Of a DNA stretch of 64,000 nucleotides, positions 35,123 to 45,257 are shown in pieces. Position numbers and translations under genes: made by a program. Under the pieces are notes generated by a model that did not search any database, was not told the origin of the DNA, and was given only the letters and a program-made list of their open reading frames with translations. This DNA is from Patescibacteria group bacterium. GTDB taxonomy: Bacteria; Patescibacteriota; UBA1384; XYA2-FULL-43-10; 1-14-0-10-43-13. The stretch's first letter is position 1. Every line of letters begins with the position of its first letter. The stretch covers positions 198,177 to 262,176 of the forward strand of contig JBAYVE010000001.1 of NCBI GenBank assembly GCA_041674765.1, read 5' to 3'.

Positions 35123-36723
35123 AATACCGCGATGCCATCGTCGTTGAGTTGCCATCAGGTTTGATAGCAGGACTCCGGGAAGGTGCAAATAGTCTTAAGA
35201 GGACTGCGGATGTCATTGTTTTGGCGATGGCGAGTGCCATTAGCTTTATCGGCTGGAAATTTTATTTTGACCAAAATCTGGTTTTGGCCTACAACGACTC
35301 GATGAGTCATTTGGATATCGCACGCCGGGTGGTTGACGGTTTAAATCCAGGTATCGCTCAGATAGGAAGTGTTTGGTTGCCTTTGCCCCACCTGCTTTCC
35401 TTGCCTTTTGTTTGGAGTGATTTTTTGTGGCACTCAGGTTTAGCCGGTACTTTGATATCCTGTCTCGCTTTCATCGGCACAGCGTACTTTCTTTATCGGC
35501 TTGTGTTGCTGCTGACCAGGGATACTATCTCTGGGATCCTTGCATCGTTGGTGTACATTCTTAATCCTAACATAATTTATCTTCAAGCTACACCGATGAC
35601 CGAATCGCTGCTTCTGTTCTTCTTTGTTATTTCAACTTATTATCTACTCCTTTGGCAGAAAAAAGACAGTTATAAATATCTGGCCTTGGCGGGATTTTAT
35701 ACTCTTGCTGCAACTTTGACCCGCTATGATGGATGGATGCTCCTAGCGCAAATGCTGATTGTGGTGGCGATAATCTCATATCGTTTTGGAAAATGGAAAA
35801 AAGTAGAGGGCAATCTGTTTTTGTTTGGAACGATTGCAGTATATGGTATTTTGCTCTGGTTTTTGTGGAATTTATTGATATTTCAAGATCCATTATATTT
35901 TTTAAATGGTCCATTTTCAGCCAAGGCTCAGCAGCTTGTTTTTGAGGCTGAAGGACGTTTGCCAACCAAGCACGATCTTCTATACTCCTCTTATATTTAT
36001 ATCCTGGCCGTTCTTCGAAACAATGGTGCGCTTCTCTCATTACTGGGCGGGGTAGGTCTGATTGGTTTTCTGTTTAGAAAAAAATTGAGCTCGGAAACCC
36101 TCGTTATTTCTCTGCTGCTGTCTCCACTGATTTTCAATATCGCGGCATTATTTACCGGTAATTCTATTATCAATCTGCTTGAACTACCACCTTATACATT
36201 ATTCAATGTGCGCTACGGCATAATGATGCTACCTTTTGTCGCGGTGATGGTTGCATATTTAGCTAGGAGGCAGCGGTTAATTCAATTGCTGTTTCTCATA
36301 GTATTGCTGCTCCAGACGGCTAGTATTTATAGAAATGACGATGTTATTACCGTGAAAGATGGAATTTCTGGAGCTTCGGCCCAAGGAATGACCGAAACCG
36401 GACGATGGCTCGGTGAAAATGCAAAAAGCGGGTTAATCCTAATCGCTGCCTCCAGTCAGGATTCGCTGATTTTTCAGAGTGGTCTTCCGATGACACGGTT
36501 CATTTATGAAGGTGATGGGGAATACTGGAAGGAGTCTTTGGCGGATCCCACTTCTCATGCTTCCTATATTGCGATGCACCACGGAGATCTTATTTACAGA
36601 GAGATTTTTGACAAGTCTTCATTTCTTTTGAATTACAAAAAAATATATGACGGAGAATTCACAGATATTTTCGAATATTCTCCTGATGCAGAGATCCCAT
36701 TAACGGCTAAGGATCTACCATAG
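35113..36723 (+). CDS. polytopic membrane protein, GT-C-fold glycosyltransferase-like (second copy)
   Basis: More than 10 TM helices. Start overlaps the previous stop (ATGTTCTTGA). Confidence 0.45.
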   Translation: MFLKYRDAIVVELPSGLIAGLREGANSLKRTADVIVLAMASAISFIGWKFYFDQNLVLAYNDSMSHLDIARRVVDGLNPGIAQIGSVWLPLPHLLSLPFVWSDFLWHSGLAGTLISCLAFIGTAYFLYRLVLLLTRDTISGILASLVYILNPNIIYLQATPMTESLLLFFFVISTYYLLLWQKKDSYKYLALAGFYTLAATLTRYDGWMLLAQMLIVVAIISYRFGKWKKVEGNLFLFGTIAVYGILLWFLWNLLIFQDPLYFLNGPFSAKAQQLVFEAEGRLPTKHDLLYSSYIYILAVLRNNGALLSLLGGVGLIGFLFRKKLSSETLVISLLLSPLIFNIAALFTGNSIINLLELPPYTLFNVRYGIMMLPFVAVMVAYLARRQRLIQLLFLIVLLLQTASIYRNDDVITVKDGISGASAQGMTETGRWLGENAKSGLILIAASSQDSLIFQSGLPMTRFIYEGDGEYWKESLADPTSHASYIAMHHGDLIYREIFDKSSFLLNYKKIYDGEFTDIFEYSPDAEIPLTAKDLP

Positions 36724-36845
36724 CAAATGGAAATTAACAATTAAGAATTTCTGATTTCTAATCAAATCCCAATTAATTAATTTTAAATTTTCTAAATTGG
36801 GGATTGATTAAGCCATTCGAAAATTAGTAATTTAGGAATTTTATT

Positions 36846-37616
36846 ATGGAGTTATCAATTATTATCCCAGTCTACAACGAAGAGAAAAGAATAGGTAAAA
36901 CTCTCTCTGAACTTCAGGAATATTTATCTAAATGCAAACTTGAATATGAGGTAATCGTCGTTGACGATGGATCAACAGATCAGACTTCTTTTATGCTTTA
37001 CAGATATAAATCCTTCATTAAAATACTTCCTGTTTGGCCCAACCGTGGCAAAGGTCATGCGATCCGTTTGGGAATGCTGATGGCCTCGGGCCAAAAGATC
37101 CTGTTTATGGATGCTGATCTGGCCACCCCACTCTATGAAGTGAAAAAAATTCTTCAGATCTCTGGAGATTACGACCTTGTCATCGGCTCCCGATCAGACC
37201 AAAAAATAGCGAAGAGAGAGCGATTCCGCAGCTTGTGTGCGAAAATATTTAATTCTGTAACCAAGGTGATCTTTCCCCTGCAAATTAAAGATACTCAGTG
37301 TGGATTTAAGCTGTTCACAAATGCAGCGGCTAAGGAGATATTTTCACGCGCCAGGATAAACCGCTGGGCCTTTGATATCGAGGTATTATTCCTTGCTAAA
37401 AAACTGGGCTTTTCTATCGGCGAACAGTCTGTTGCCTGGGAGGAAAAAGCTGGCAGCAAAGTTAGAATGTTCAGAGACGCGTCCAGAATGATCGTTGATC
37501 TCGTGAGAATTCGTATATACAATCTGTTTGATTTTTATCATTTGAAAGCCGAAGAAAGGAGCGAAGATGATTCGTTCGCAATCAGCCAAAAACCTCAGGA
37601 AATCAAAGAGCTTTAG
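36846..37616 (+). CDS. polyprenol-phosphate glycosyltransferase (GT2, DPM1/GtrB/ArnC-like)
   Basis: SIIIPVYNEE, VIVVDDGSTDQT, FMDADLATP. Confidence 0.8.
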   Translation: MELSIIIPVYNEEKRIGKTLSELQEYLSKCKLEYEVIVVDDGSTDQTSFMLYRYKSFIKILPVWPNRGKGHAIRLGMLMASGQKILFMDADLATPLYEVKKILQISGDYDLVIGSRSDQKIAKRERFRSLCAKIFNSVTKVIFPLQIKDTQCGFKLFTNAAAKEIFSRARINRWAFDIEVLFLAKKLGFSIGEQSVAWEEKAGSKVRMFRDASRMIVDLVRIRIYNLFDFYHLKAEERSEDDSFAISQKPQEIKEL

Positions 37617-38625
37617 GATAATTTTTCTCTTACTTATTTTTTTCTTTTTCCCTATTTTGAATATTGGATACGCAAAGTATTCTGATCCGAAAGGGAAGAA
37701 TACTATTCAGGAGAGTAGTAAACTTTCGGGCAAGGGAATGCAGATCCGAAGCATCGATACCCAGATAGTTTCTAAACATTGGGAGAATGTTGATGAAAAC
37801 GATATCAAGGAGCAGGTCTTGATGATCAAAAATCTGGGAGCCAATTATATCGCTGTTAGCACTCCCTATGACAATCCCGCTACCTTGAAACTATGGGCCG
37901 ATTCAATACATAATGCAGGCCTAAATGTTTGGTTTCGTTCTCATTGGCTTGATTGGGAAGGTGATAATAACCATCAATCTGTAATGAAAGTCGAGGACTA
38001 CTTAAAAAAGACCGGTGATTTTATCCAAGCTAATCCGGCGTTCTTCCGCCAGGGGGATGCATTCACCGTTTGCGTCGAGCCCGAGCAGGTCTTCACCGCC
38101 AGAAAAATCCAAGTTTTTGATTGGTACGGCTATAATAAATTTGTTATTGATCAAATTGATATTGCCAATGCCTCGTTTACAGAGATTGGACTTTCCGGTC
38201 AAATTCATACCAATTGGATTTCTATGAACGGTTGGGTCGTTGAAAACGGTCTGTCGCAAGAAGCAGTTGATAAAATGGGGTTGATCACCGTTGATCATTA
38301 TTCCAATGAAAAAACAATTGTGCCTCCTGCCGTTTTGGCGGATAAGATGGCTTCGGATCTTGAGAGAATGTATGAAAAATGGCAGAAGCCGATAATATTG
38401 GGTGAATGGGGCTATAACATCGAGCAGGAAGTCGATGATTATACCCAAAAACAAACTGTTGAGGAAACGCTTAATCGTCTGTCAAATTTAAGATTCTTGG
38501 TAGGTATAAATTACTGGGATCATATGGGCAACTCATCCAGGCTAATTAATGATGTTGACGGAGTACGCCTCGAATACCGTCCTTCAGCATTGACTGTCAG
38601 AGATTTTTTTCAAAGCAAAAAATAG
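37567..38625 (+). CDS. membrane-anchored clan GH-A-like glycoside hydrolase domain protein (paralog family, member 1)
   Basis: TM helix, then a domain shared with 39268..41460 and 42367..44346: SIDTQIVSKHWENV..GLNVWFRSHWLDWEGD..FTVCVEPE..ILGEWGY..INYWDHMGNSSRL. Putative acid/base and nucleophile Glu in EPE and GEWGY. Confidence 0.5.
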   Translation: MIRSQSAKNLRKSKSFRIIFLLLIFFFFPILNIGYAKYSDPKGKNTIQESSKLSGKGMQIRSIDTQIVSKHWENVDENDIKEQVLMIKNLGANYIAVSTPYDNPATLKLWADSIHNAGLNVWFRSHWLDWEGDNNHQSVMKVEDYLKKTGDFIQANPAFFRQGDAFTVCVEPEQVFTARKIQVFDWYGYNKFVIDQIDIANASFTEIGLSGQIHTNWISMNGWVVENGLSQEAVDKMGLITVDHYSNEKTIVPPAVLADKMASDLERMYEKWQKPIILGEWGYNIEQEVDDYTQKQTVEETLNRLSNLRFLVGINYWDHMGNSSRLINDVDGVRLEYRPSALTVRDFFQSKK

Positions 38626-38769
38626 TTCTCTAACCCCTCTTGAGACTTTATTAATTTTGTTTCTAATAAGGAGTTTTTTGTTATGTAAACAAATTTTTTT
38701 GCCAAAGAAACTAGTCTTCTAAAGGATTAATATTGGTCCAATTTAACCTTTGGAAGGAGGTGGAAAAAG

Positions 38770-39071
38770 TGAAATATCTAATATTAAGTGTGGTCCTAGC
38801 TTTGACAATGGGTGCCGGTGGATCAATTGCCTTCACATTGCCAACTGTTCTACAAAAAGCAGAGAATAACCCAAATAGAGTTGCTTATTATAAAACTGGA
38901 ATTCATGGTATTCCTGATCGTCCGGGGATCGTTCATAAAGGCGAGGATTCTGATGACTTTGTCCTGATTCCAGACGCAAGAGAGAACGGTTGGGGAGATT
39001 ATCTGACTCCCGGTGCTGATTATTGTGCGAAATCAAACGATTTGGCAGTCGAGAATATACCTGGGTTTTAA
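38770..39071 (+). CDS. small secreted protein with ENGWGDYL-PG-DYC motif (family of two)
   Basis: SD GGAGGTGG before the GTG at 38770. Signal peptide. Motif shared with 44610..45110. Confidence 0.4.
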
Positions 39072-39267
39072 TAGAAAATTTGTCTTGCAGAAATGTCCGG
39101 AGATGATGTCAAAGGGCATTTCTGAATGGCAACAATCTTTAACTTTAAACAATATAGGAGTTTCATCTTAAAAACTACTCCGTTGTAGAGTAGTTTTTAA
39201 GGGTTTACATGACTCGTTTCCCCTCGGCCATCTGCCCCGATGGATATTGGGGCAGATGAGCCGAAAG

Positions 39268-41460
39268 TTAAATATAGTATTGTTTTATTATATTCGCGAT
39301 CGGTCGTGGAGTGTAATCCAGGAGATTGGCTGTATCAAAGAGTCTTGAGGCATGTCCGACATCAATCCAATAGTTCATTCCGATAATATAGCCTCTGGCC
39401 GAGAATTCTTTCAGAACTGCTGCCGCTAGTTCTGCTTGGTGATTTGGATCCATACTTTGGTTGAATGTTGAATAGCCCCATTCTCCGGCCATCATCGGCA
39501 CTTTCCACTTATTATAATATTCATCATAGCCATAGAAACCGTTACCATTACCTTTGAAGAGGGCATTTACATAGGTGCCGGTATCATCTGTCCAGTCAAT
39601 AATATGATCCAAGGTTAATTGGCCAATCACGTTGACAGTAGCCTGATCAAGCACATTCCAGGCGACCCAACCATTCATGTTGATCCAATTAGTCTTTATC
39701 TTGCCGCCAAGCCCAATTTGGCTGAATGCTTCGTTGGCATAGATGACCTGATTTCTGGTAAACGCTCTCCAGCTTTCCCAACCGGTGAAAGCACCGTGGT
39801 CGATTCCAGTCCACCAGGCGGCGTTTTCAGATTCAACACACATTGTGAATGCATCGCCTGCTCGGAATAATTCTGGGTGATCTAGAATAAATTGTTTTGT
39901 TCTTTTCAAATATTCGATATTGGTAATACCATTTTTTATCTCAGGCTTTTCCCAACTATCCCATTCATCCCAGTGGGCCCGAAACCATACATTTAGTCCC
40001 TCGGAATGAATGATGTCGGCCCATTTCCTCATTAACGGATAATTATTGTAATTGATACTGATCGCAATTTGTTTTGCACCGATTGCTTTATCAGCCAGTA
40101 CCAAGCGACGGATCTGATTATCATCTGAAATAGCCCAGTATTTACTCATAACCTGACTATCGATGGATTGTGCCTGCCATTTAGAATTGGTGGGAGGTAT
40201 TACTACAGCCGGCACAAGAATTGTGATGGCGTTCGAGAAATCTGAAACCTTGGAACCATCAGTTGCTTTTATTTGATATTGGTAATTATTACCAGCTGAA
40301 ATATTGGTGTCCGTATAAGAGGAGTTACTCACCCGAGCAATTTCGTTTCCATTTCTGTAAATAATGTATGACGGACCGGAACCATTCCAGGTCAGTAATA
40401 TTTTATCATTATTATAGTTTGCGTTTAGGCTACTCGGGGTTGTCAGATCGGTGATTGGAGCCGGAACTGTATTGCCAGTGAGAGTTACATTATCGATATT
40501 ATAGGTACCCGGGAGGTAGTTCCAAAAACGAAAGGAGAGTGACGCGATTCCGTTATTATTATCCAACCCCGGGAATTCGGAGAGGCCGATTTTCACATGC
40601 TGCCAGACTGAAATACCATTGGTTACCTTATTCTTTAATGATACCATTCTGGTTCCGCCTTGATCGAAAGAGACTATCGCTGCATCGCCCGAAAGTAGAT
40701 AGGCGCCATTTAAATTCAAATCGAATTCTATGGTCTGATAACCTTTAAGAACCGGAGAATTTATAATTTTCTTCGTAGAGGCATCACCATTGGCAGGGTT
40801 TTGAAGTTGCAATGCTTCGCTATTATTGTTGCCCCTATCAAAACCGTTCAATCCGTTATCAAAATTAGCGATTATGTACCCAGATGCTGGTGTGGTGGGC
40901 GGTGTCACCGGGGGAATAACAGGGGGCGTTATTGGGGGGGTGATTGATTTGTTCGAAACTTTGATATTATCAAAATAATAATCACCGGCAGTATAGTTCC
41001 AGAGTCTAAGCGTCATTGAAGCGATGCCTTGACTAGTATTTAGACCGGCAAAATCAGACAACGGAATGGTCACATGTTGCCAGCTGTTCTGACTGTTGTT
41101 GACATATTTTTTGAGCGGCACCATCTTCCAGCCACCCTGGTCAAAAATAATTCCGGAAGCGTCTCCATCCAGAATAGTTGAACCATTTAAATTTACATCC
41201 ATCTCCAAAGTTGTCCAACCGTTTAAAAAGCGGTTGTTGAAAACCTTCGTCGCACCCACAGAGTCGTTGGCACTGTTATGCAAGGACAGAGCCTTGCTTG
41301 AACTAAAACCAGCCGCCAGACTCCCGTTGTTCCATCCTTCCAAAGTGTTCGTTTCAAAATCAGCAATCTTTGACTCCGCTGCACTGGCAAAGATTGGATT
41401 TAGGAACAGAACAGAGGCAAGGATTAATAAAGCCAAAGAGAGTTTCTTCATTTGTAGCAC
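39268..41460 (-). CDS. secreted multidomain protein: 2x beta-sandwich (CBM-like) + fibronectin-III-like + C-terminal GH-A-like hydrolase domain (member 2)
   Basis: Signal peptide. Two ~140-aa repeats ending ..DQGGWKMVPL..WQHVTIPLSDF.. and ..DQGGTRMVSL..WQHVKIGLSEF... FN3-like segment. Hydrolase domain with FTMCVESEN and MMAGEWGY. Confidence 0.6.
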   Translation of the reverse strand: MLQMKKLSLALLILASVLFLNPIFASAAESKIADFETNTLEGWNNGSLAAGFSSSKALSLHNSANDSVGATKVFNNRFLNGWTTLEMDVNLNGSTILDGDASGIIFDQGGWKMVPLKKYVNNSQNSWQHVTIPLSDFAGLNTSQGIASMTLRLWNYTAGDYYFDNIKVSNKSITPPITPPVIPPVTPPTTPASGYIIANFDNGLNGFDRGNNNSEALQLQNPANGDASTKKIINSPVLKGYQTIEFDLNLNGAYLLSGDAAIVSFDQGGTRMVSLKNKVTNGISVWQHVKIGLSEFPGLDNNNGIASLSFRFWNYLPGTYNIDNVTLTGNTVPAPITDLTTPSSLNANYNNDKILLTWNGSGPSYIIYRNGNEIARVSNSSYTDTNISAGNNYQYQIKATDGSKVSDFSNAITILVPAVVIPPTNSKWQAQSIDSQVMSKYWAISDDNQIRRLVLADKAIGAKQIAISINYNNYPLMRKWADIIHSEGLNVWFRAHWDEWDSWEKPEIKNGITNIEYLKRTKQFILDHPELFRAGDAFTMCVESENAAWWTGIDHGAFTGWESWRAFTRNQVIYANEAFSQIGLGGKIKTNWINMNGWVAWNVLDQATVNVIGQLTLDHIIDWTDDTGTYVNALFKGNGNGFYGYDEYYNKWKVPMMAGEWGYSTFNQSMDPNHQAELAAAVLKEFSARGYIIGMNYWIDVGHASRLFDTANLLDYTPRPIANIIKQYYI

Positions 41461-41612
41461 CTCTTGTTATTAATGATTTCTAGATCGATTATATGCTTGC
41501 CGAGCACTACTTTTCTTTGGCGAAAAATGCAAAAAGGGTCTTTATAAACTGTGATTAATCAAAAGAAACATATAAAACTACCTTTTCTTTGCGAGAGTAG
41601 TATAATGAATAT

Positions 41613-42239
41613 ATGAAAAGATTAATGAGTTTCTTTTTTATCGCACTTGTAGCTGCGGCTGTGATTGGAGGATTTACATATTTTTATATTGAGTCCAAAT
41701 CTGAAAAGGAGTTGGTGAAACTTCAGGTTGAGATCAACCGACTCAAGGTAAAAATTGATCCTGTCTCGGAGGATGAAGATTTGGCAATCGATCTCTCCGG
41801 CTGGCAAACCTTTGCAAATAAAACAGCCGCTTATGAGGTAAAAACACCGCCAGATTGGCAGGTAAATAGTCGAAATATGCAGACAGTGACATTAAATAGC
41901 CCTGATCATGAGAAGCTACGAGGTATTACAGACGAGGGATATGTCGAGGATATAGTAATCAGACACTATAAAGATATCGCTCAGGCCGCTGTGGCTTTAG
42001 CCAGCCCGGCTAAGGACCTGGGAGAATTAGCAGCTGATAGCAAAATGTTTGTTTCTTCAACGAAGACGACTATATCAAAGAATTTGGCCTATGGTGTAAT
42101 AGCCAAGGAAACAAATGCCTATATAGTATTTTGTGAGAATATGGGTCACATTTATAGTCTAGCTTTTGGCAACCGGCCGAGTGAGGACGAGTTAAATGCT
42201 ACAGAGAGAGCAATTCTTGACAGTTTTGTATTCATGTAA
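41613..42239 (+). CDS. hypothetical membrane-anchored protein
   Basis: N-terminal TM helix, 208 aa. Bidirectional terminator hairpin at 42322..42357 downstream. Confidence 0.45.
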   Translation: MKRLMSFFFIALVAAAVIGGFTYFYIESKSEKELVKLQVEINRLKVKIDPVSEDEDLAIDLSGWQTFANKTAAYEVKTPPDWQVNSRNMQTVTLNSPDHEKLRGITDEGYVEDIVIRHYKDIAQAAVALASPAKDLGELAADSKMFVSSTKTTISKNLAYGVIAKETNAYIVFCENMGHIYSLAFGNRPSEDELNATERAILDSFVFM

Positions 42240-42321
42240 AAAGGAAAGATTTCCTTTGGACGATTAAGTGGGATGGAACGCTTGAACAACAGAAACCTTC
42301 ACGAATTAAAATAGATATAAA

Positions 42322-42357
42322 AAATGCCTCCAGCTTTTACTGCCGGAGGCATTTTTG
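42322..42357. terminator. bidirectional rho-independent terminator
   Basis: AAAAATGCCTCCAGCTTTTACTGCCGGAGGCATTTTT between convergent genes. Confidence 0.65.
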
Positions 42358-42366
42358 TAGATCTGA

Positions 42367-44346
42367 TTATTTTAGCACGTAGGTAATATTATCAATATTG
42401 TAACTCGCGGCGTGGTCGTTCCAGAAACGGAAGCCGATACTGGCAAGGCCTGATTGCTTATTCAAACCGGCAAAATCAGATAGTGGGATCGACACATGTT
42501 GCCAGCCGTTTAAGCCATTCTTGACATATTTTTCCAGACTTACCCATTTCCAGCCGCCTTGATCGAAGTATAGAGCAGAGGCGTCACCGGGAAGGATCTT
42601 GTTGCCTTTCAAATTAATATCCAACTCGATATAGTTATAGTTTCCGATCTTGGCATCATTCAAATCCTTTTTTGATCCGTTGCTGCCGTTGATTGGATTG
42701 CTAATCTCGAGTGAGTAATTCGAATTATTTCCCTCTGTCAGTCTGCCGCCGACAAAACCGTTCATACCTGATTCAAAATTTGCAAGGATTGAAGATGCTG
42801 CAGGATCAGTTTCGCCAGTTGGAGGAGTTGTTGCCAAATTCGCAGAGCCAAGCGAAACATTATCGATATCATAGTTGCCCGCATTTATATTCCAGAATCT
42901 GACTCCAAGAAAAGCCGCCTCTGTTCCGTTAAGTTTAAAGTCACTGATTGGAACAGAAATGTGCTGCCAGCCGCTTTGTCCGTTTTGAACATAATTGGCA
43001 AGGGAGACGTATTTCCAGCCACCCTGGTCAAAATAAAGTGCTGAAGCATCACCAGGTAAGATTTTGTTGCCGTTTAGGTTTATATCCATTTCCACTTTAT
43101 CGTAGCCTGATAACGAAATGTTGGATATATTTTTCTTGGCGCCGTTACTACCATCTGCAGGATTCGAAATTCGGAGCGCCCCGCCCGAATTGTTGCCGGC
43201 GATAATTGATCCGGCATCCCAACCATTAAGGCCATTTTCAAAATCAGAGATTATTTTTGTTCCAATCGGTGCCGGAGTTGGTGCCGGTGTCGGAGTTGGT
43301 GCCGGCGCTATACTGCCAGAATAGTATGATTTTATCACATCGGCTGCCGGACGCATTGTGGTCGGCGTGCCACTATTATCATTTATGATACGGGTTTGGT
43401 TACCCATATGATCCCAGTAAGACACTCCCATAATGTAGGATTTCGAAGCGAACACATAATAGACGGCCTCTGTGGCCTGCTTTTGCAGATCGTTTGAAAC
43501 TTCTCCTCCAATATGATATCCCCATTCGCCAATCATAATCGGTTTTTGCCATTTAGCATAGAAACGATCTAAATCTCCGCTCATATCAGAAGCTAGTTTG
43601 GCAACAGGAGTTGGGTTTGAAGGATCGCCCTGTGGCGAATAATGATCAGGAGTGATTAGCCCCATTTTATCGACTGTCGCTTGGGTCAAAGCATTCTCAA
43701 TAATCCAACCATTCATCGAAAGCCAGTTGGTTTTGATTTGTCCGCCCAAACCTATTTGATTGAAGGCGGCGTTTGACTCGTCGATCTCCTGAACTAAAAA
43801 TCTGTTGTAAGCATTCCAGTCGGCAAATGCTCCTGGATTGACTCCTGCATTTTCAGCTTCGACCGACATTGTAAATGAATCGCCTGATTTGAAGAACGAA
43901 GGATGATCAATTATGAATTGCTTTGTTTTGATAACATATTGGTCTGGTGTCATGTTTTTGGGCTGACCCTCGTCGCCTTCCCAATTTAACCAGTGTGAAC
44001 GGAACCAAACATTTAGGCCCGCATCGTGGATTGAAGTGGTCCATTTTTCCATCTCCTCCGGACGGTCATACGGAGTGCCGATGGCGATATAATTGACTCC
44101 AAGACCCTTGAGCATTTGTACTTGTTGATCTATCGAATTCTGCGGCACGTTATTCCAGCATTTGCTGATTATTTGCGTGTCAACGCTTTTTACCTGCCAG
44201 TTTGCTCCTGCCGCTTCAACCGTTTTTGACGGGGAGAAAGCAATTGCGAAAAAGGTTGCGAATGGGAGCATCAGAAAAAGCATCAAGATACTAATCGCTT
44301 TTGTCAGACTCTTTCTCGAACCTTTATATTTTGTGGAATTCTCCAT
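42367..44346 (-). CDS. membrane-anchored/secreted GH-A-like hydrolase domain + Pro/Thr linker + 2x C-terminal beta-sandwich (CBM-like) modules (member 3)
   Basis: Hydrolase domain (SVDTQIISKCWNNV..FTMSVEAEN..IMIGEWGY), PAPTPTPAPTPAP linker, two DQGGWKYVSL/DQGGWKWVSL modules. Same modules as 39268..41460 in the opposite order. Confidence 0.6.
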   Translation of the reverse strand: MENSTKYKGSRKSLTKAISILMLFLMLPFATFFAIAFSPSKTVEAAGANWQVKSVDTQIISKCWNNVPQNSIDQQVQMLKGLGVNYIAIGTPYDRPEEMEKWTTSIHDAGLNVWFRSHWLNWEGDEGQPKNMTPDQYVIKTKQFIIDHPSFFKSGDSFTMSVEAENAGVNPGAFADWNAYNRFLVQEIDESNAAFNQIGLGGQIKTNWLSMNGWIIENALTQATVDKMGLITPDHYSPQGDPSNPTPVAKLASDMSGDLDRFYAKWQKPIMIGEWGYHIGGEVSNDLQKQATEAVYYVFASKSYIMGVSYWDHMGNQTRIINDNSGTPTTMRPAADVIKSYYSGSIAPAPTPTPAPTPAPIGTKIISDFENGLNGWDAGSIIAGNNSGGALRISNPADGSNGAKKNISNISLSGYDKVEMDINLNGNKILPGDASALYFDQGGWKYVSLANYVQNGQSGWQHISVPISDFKLNGTEAAFLGVRFWNINAGNYDIDNVSLGSANLATTPPTGETDPAASSILANFESGMNGFVGGRLTEGNNSNYSLEISNPINGSNGSKKDLNDAKIGNYNYIELDINLKGNKILPGDASALYFDQGGWKWVSLEKYVKNGLNGWQHVSIPLSDFAGLNKQSGLASIGFRFWNDHAASYNIDNITYVLK

Positions 44347-44609
44347 AAATTTCTCCTATTAATGACCTCTTTTTGTGAGAGGTGATAACGGAGTATAAGG
44401 CCGGAGGGTATCAAAGTCAAGCAAGAAAACAATGGGAAGATTACAAATTTAAAGACTTTAGAAAAGTAACAAATATTCTTTGTTTATGATAAATCTGCTT
44501 ATTCTGAACCGTATTATTAATAGTTCCTTTGTCTGGTTATCCAGTGTTTTAAGTGCTAGTTCCGTCTATATTCTTAGGTAAGTAATCAAACGGAAAGGAG
44601 GTGAAATAA

Positions 44610-45110
44610 ATGAAGTATCTAATTGGAATTTTCTTTGCGCTCGGAATGATGTTTGTGGCCACACCAAAGGCATCTGCTGCGACTTCATCTGCGGTTGATA
44701 ATTTCTTTCAGAATAAACTAGAGAAGTACGAAGGTCATATCCTTGCCTATTACACAGACGGGCTTCATGGTATTGTCGGAGAATCGGGAATAACACATGA
44801 GGGCATCGATCTTGTTGTCGAAGTTTCTCACGGTTGTAAGAAGGTAATCAAGCAATGGTTTTGGGGCACTTCCGACACAGAGGGTCTGCATGGCGAGAAA
44901 AGTGTATGGAGAGAAGTCGGTTTGGACGCGAAAAAATGCTTGAAGAGCGAAGTATTGGTTAAGGACGCAAAAGAGAACGGTTGGGGTGATTATTTGAAGC
45001 CGGGGATGGATTATTGTGTTAAAACAACCAATTTTAGCATCAAGGATAAAAATCAGAAAGATTTCAAATGGAAAAATAAGCTAAATCATTGGGATTGGGA
45101 CAGGAGATAG
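44610..45110 (+). CDS. small secreted protein with ENGWGDYL-PG-DYC motif (paralog of 38770..39071)
   Basis: SD GGAGGTG. Signal peptide MKYLIGIFFALGMMFVATPKASA. Terminator hairpin at 45125..45155. Confidence 0.5.
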   Translation: MKYLIGIFFALGMMFVATPKASAATSSAVDNFFQNKLEKYEGHILAYYTDGLHGIVGESGITHEGIDLVVEVSHGCKKVIKQWFWGTSDTEGLHGEKSVWREVGLDAKKCLKSEVLVKDAKENGWGDYLKPGMDYCVKTTNFSIKDKNQKDFKWKNKLNHWDWDRR

Positions 45111-45124
45111 TTTTCTTGTCATTA

Positions 45125-45155
45125 CAAAAAAAGGCTCCTAAAGGAGCCTTTTTTT
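45125..45155. terminator. bidirectional rho-independent terminator
   Basis: AAAAAAGGCTCCTAAAGGAGCCTTTTTTT. Confidence 0.65.
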
Positions 45156-45257
45156 GTAATGAATTATCAGAACTATTTTGTATAATAATCGCCATAGCAA
45201 ATAGAATAGACAAACCAGATACCGATAATTATGGCAATTATTGTTTCTAACATATAA

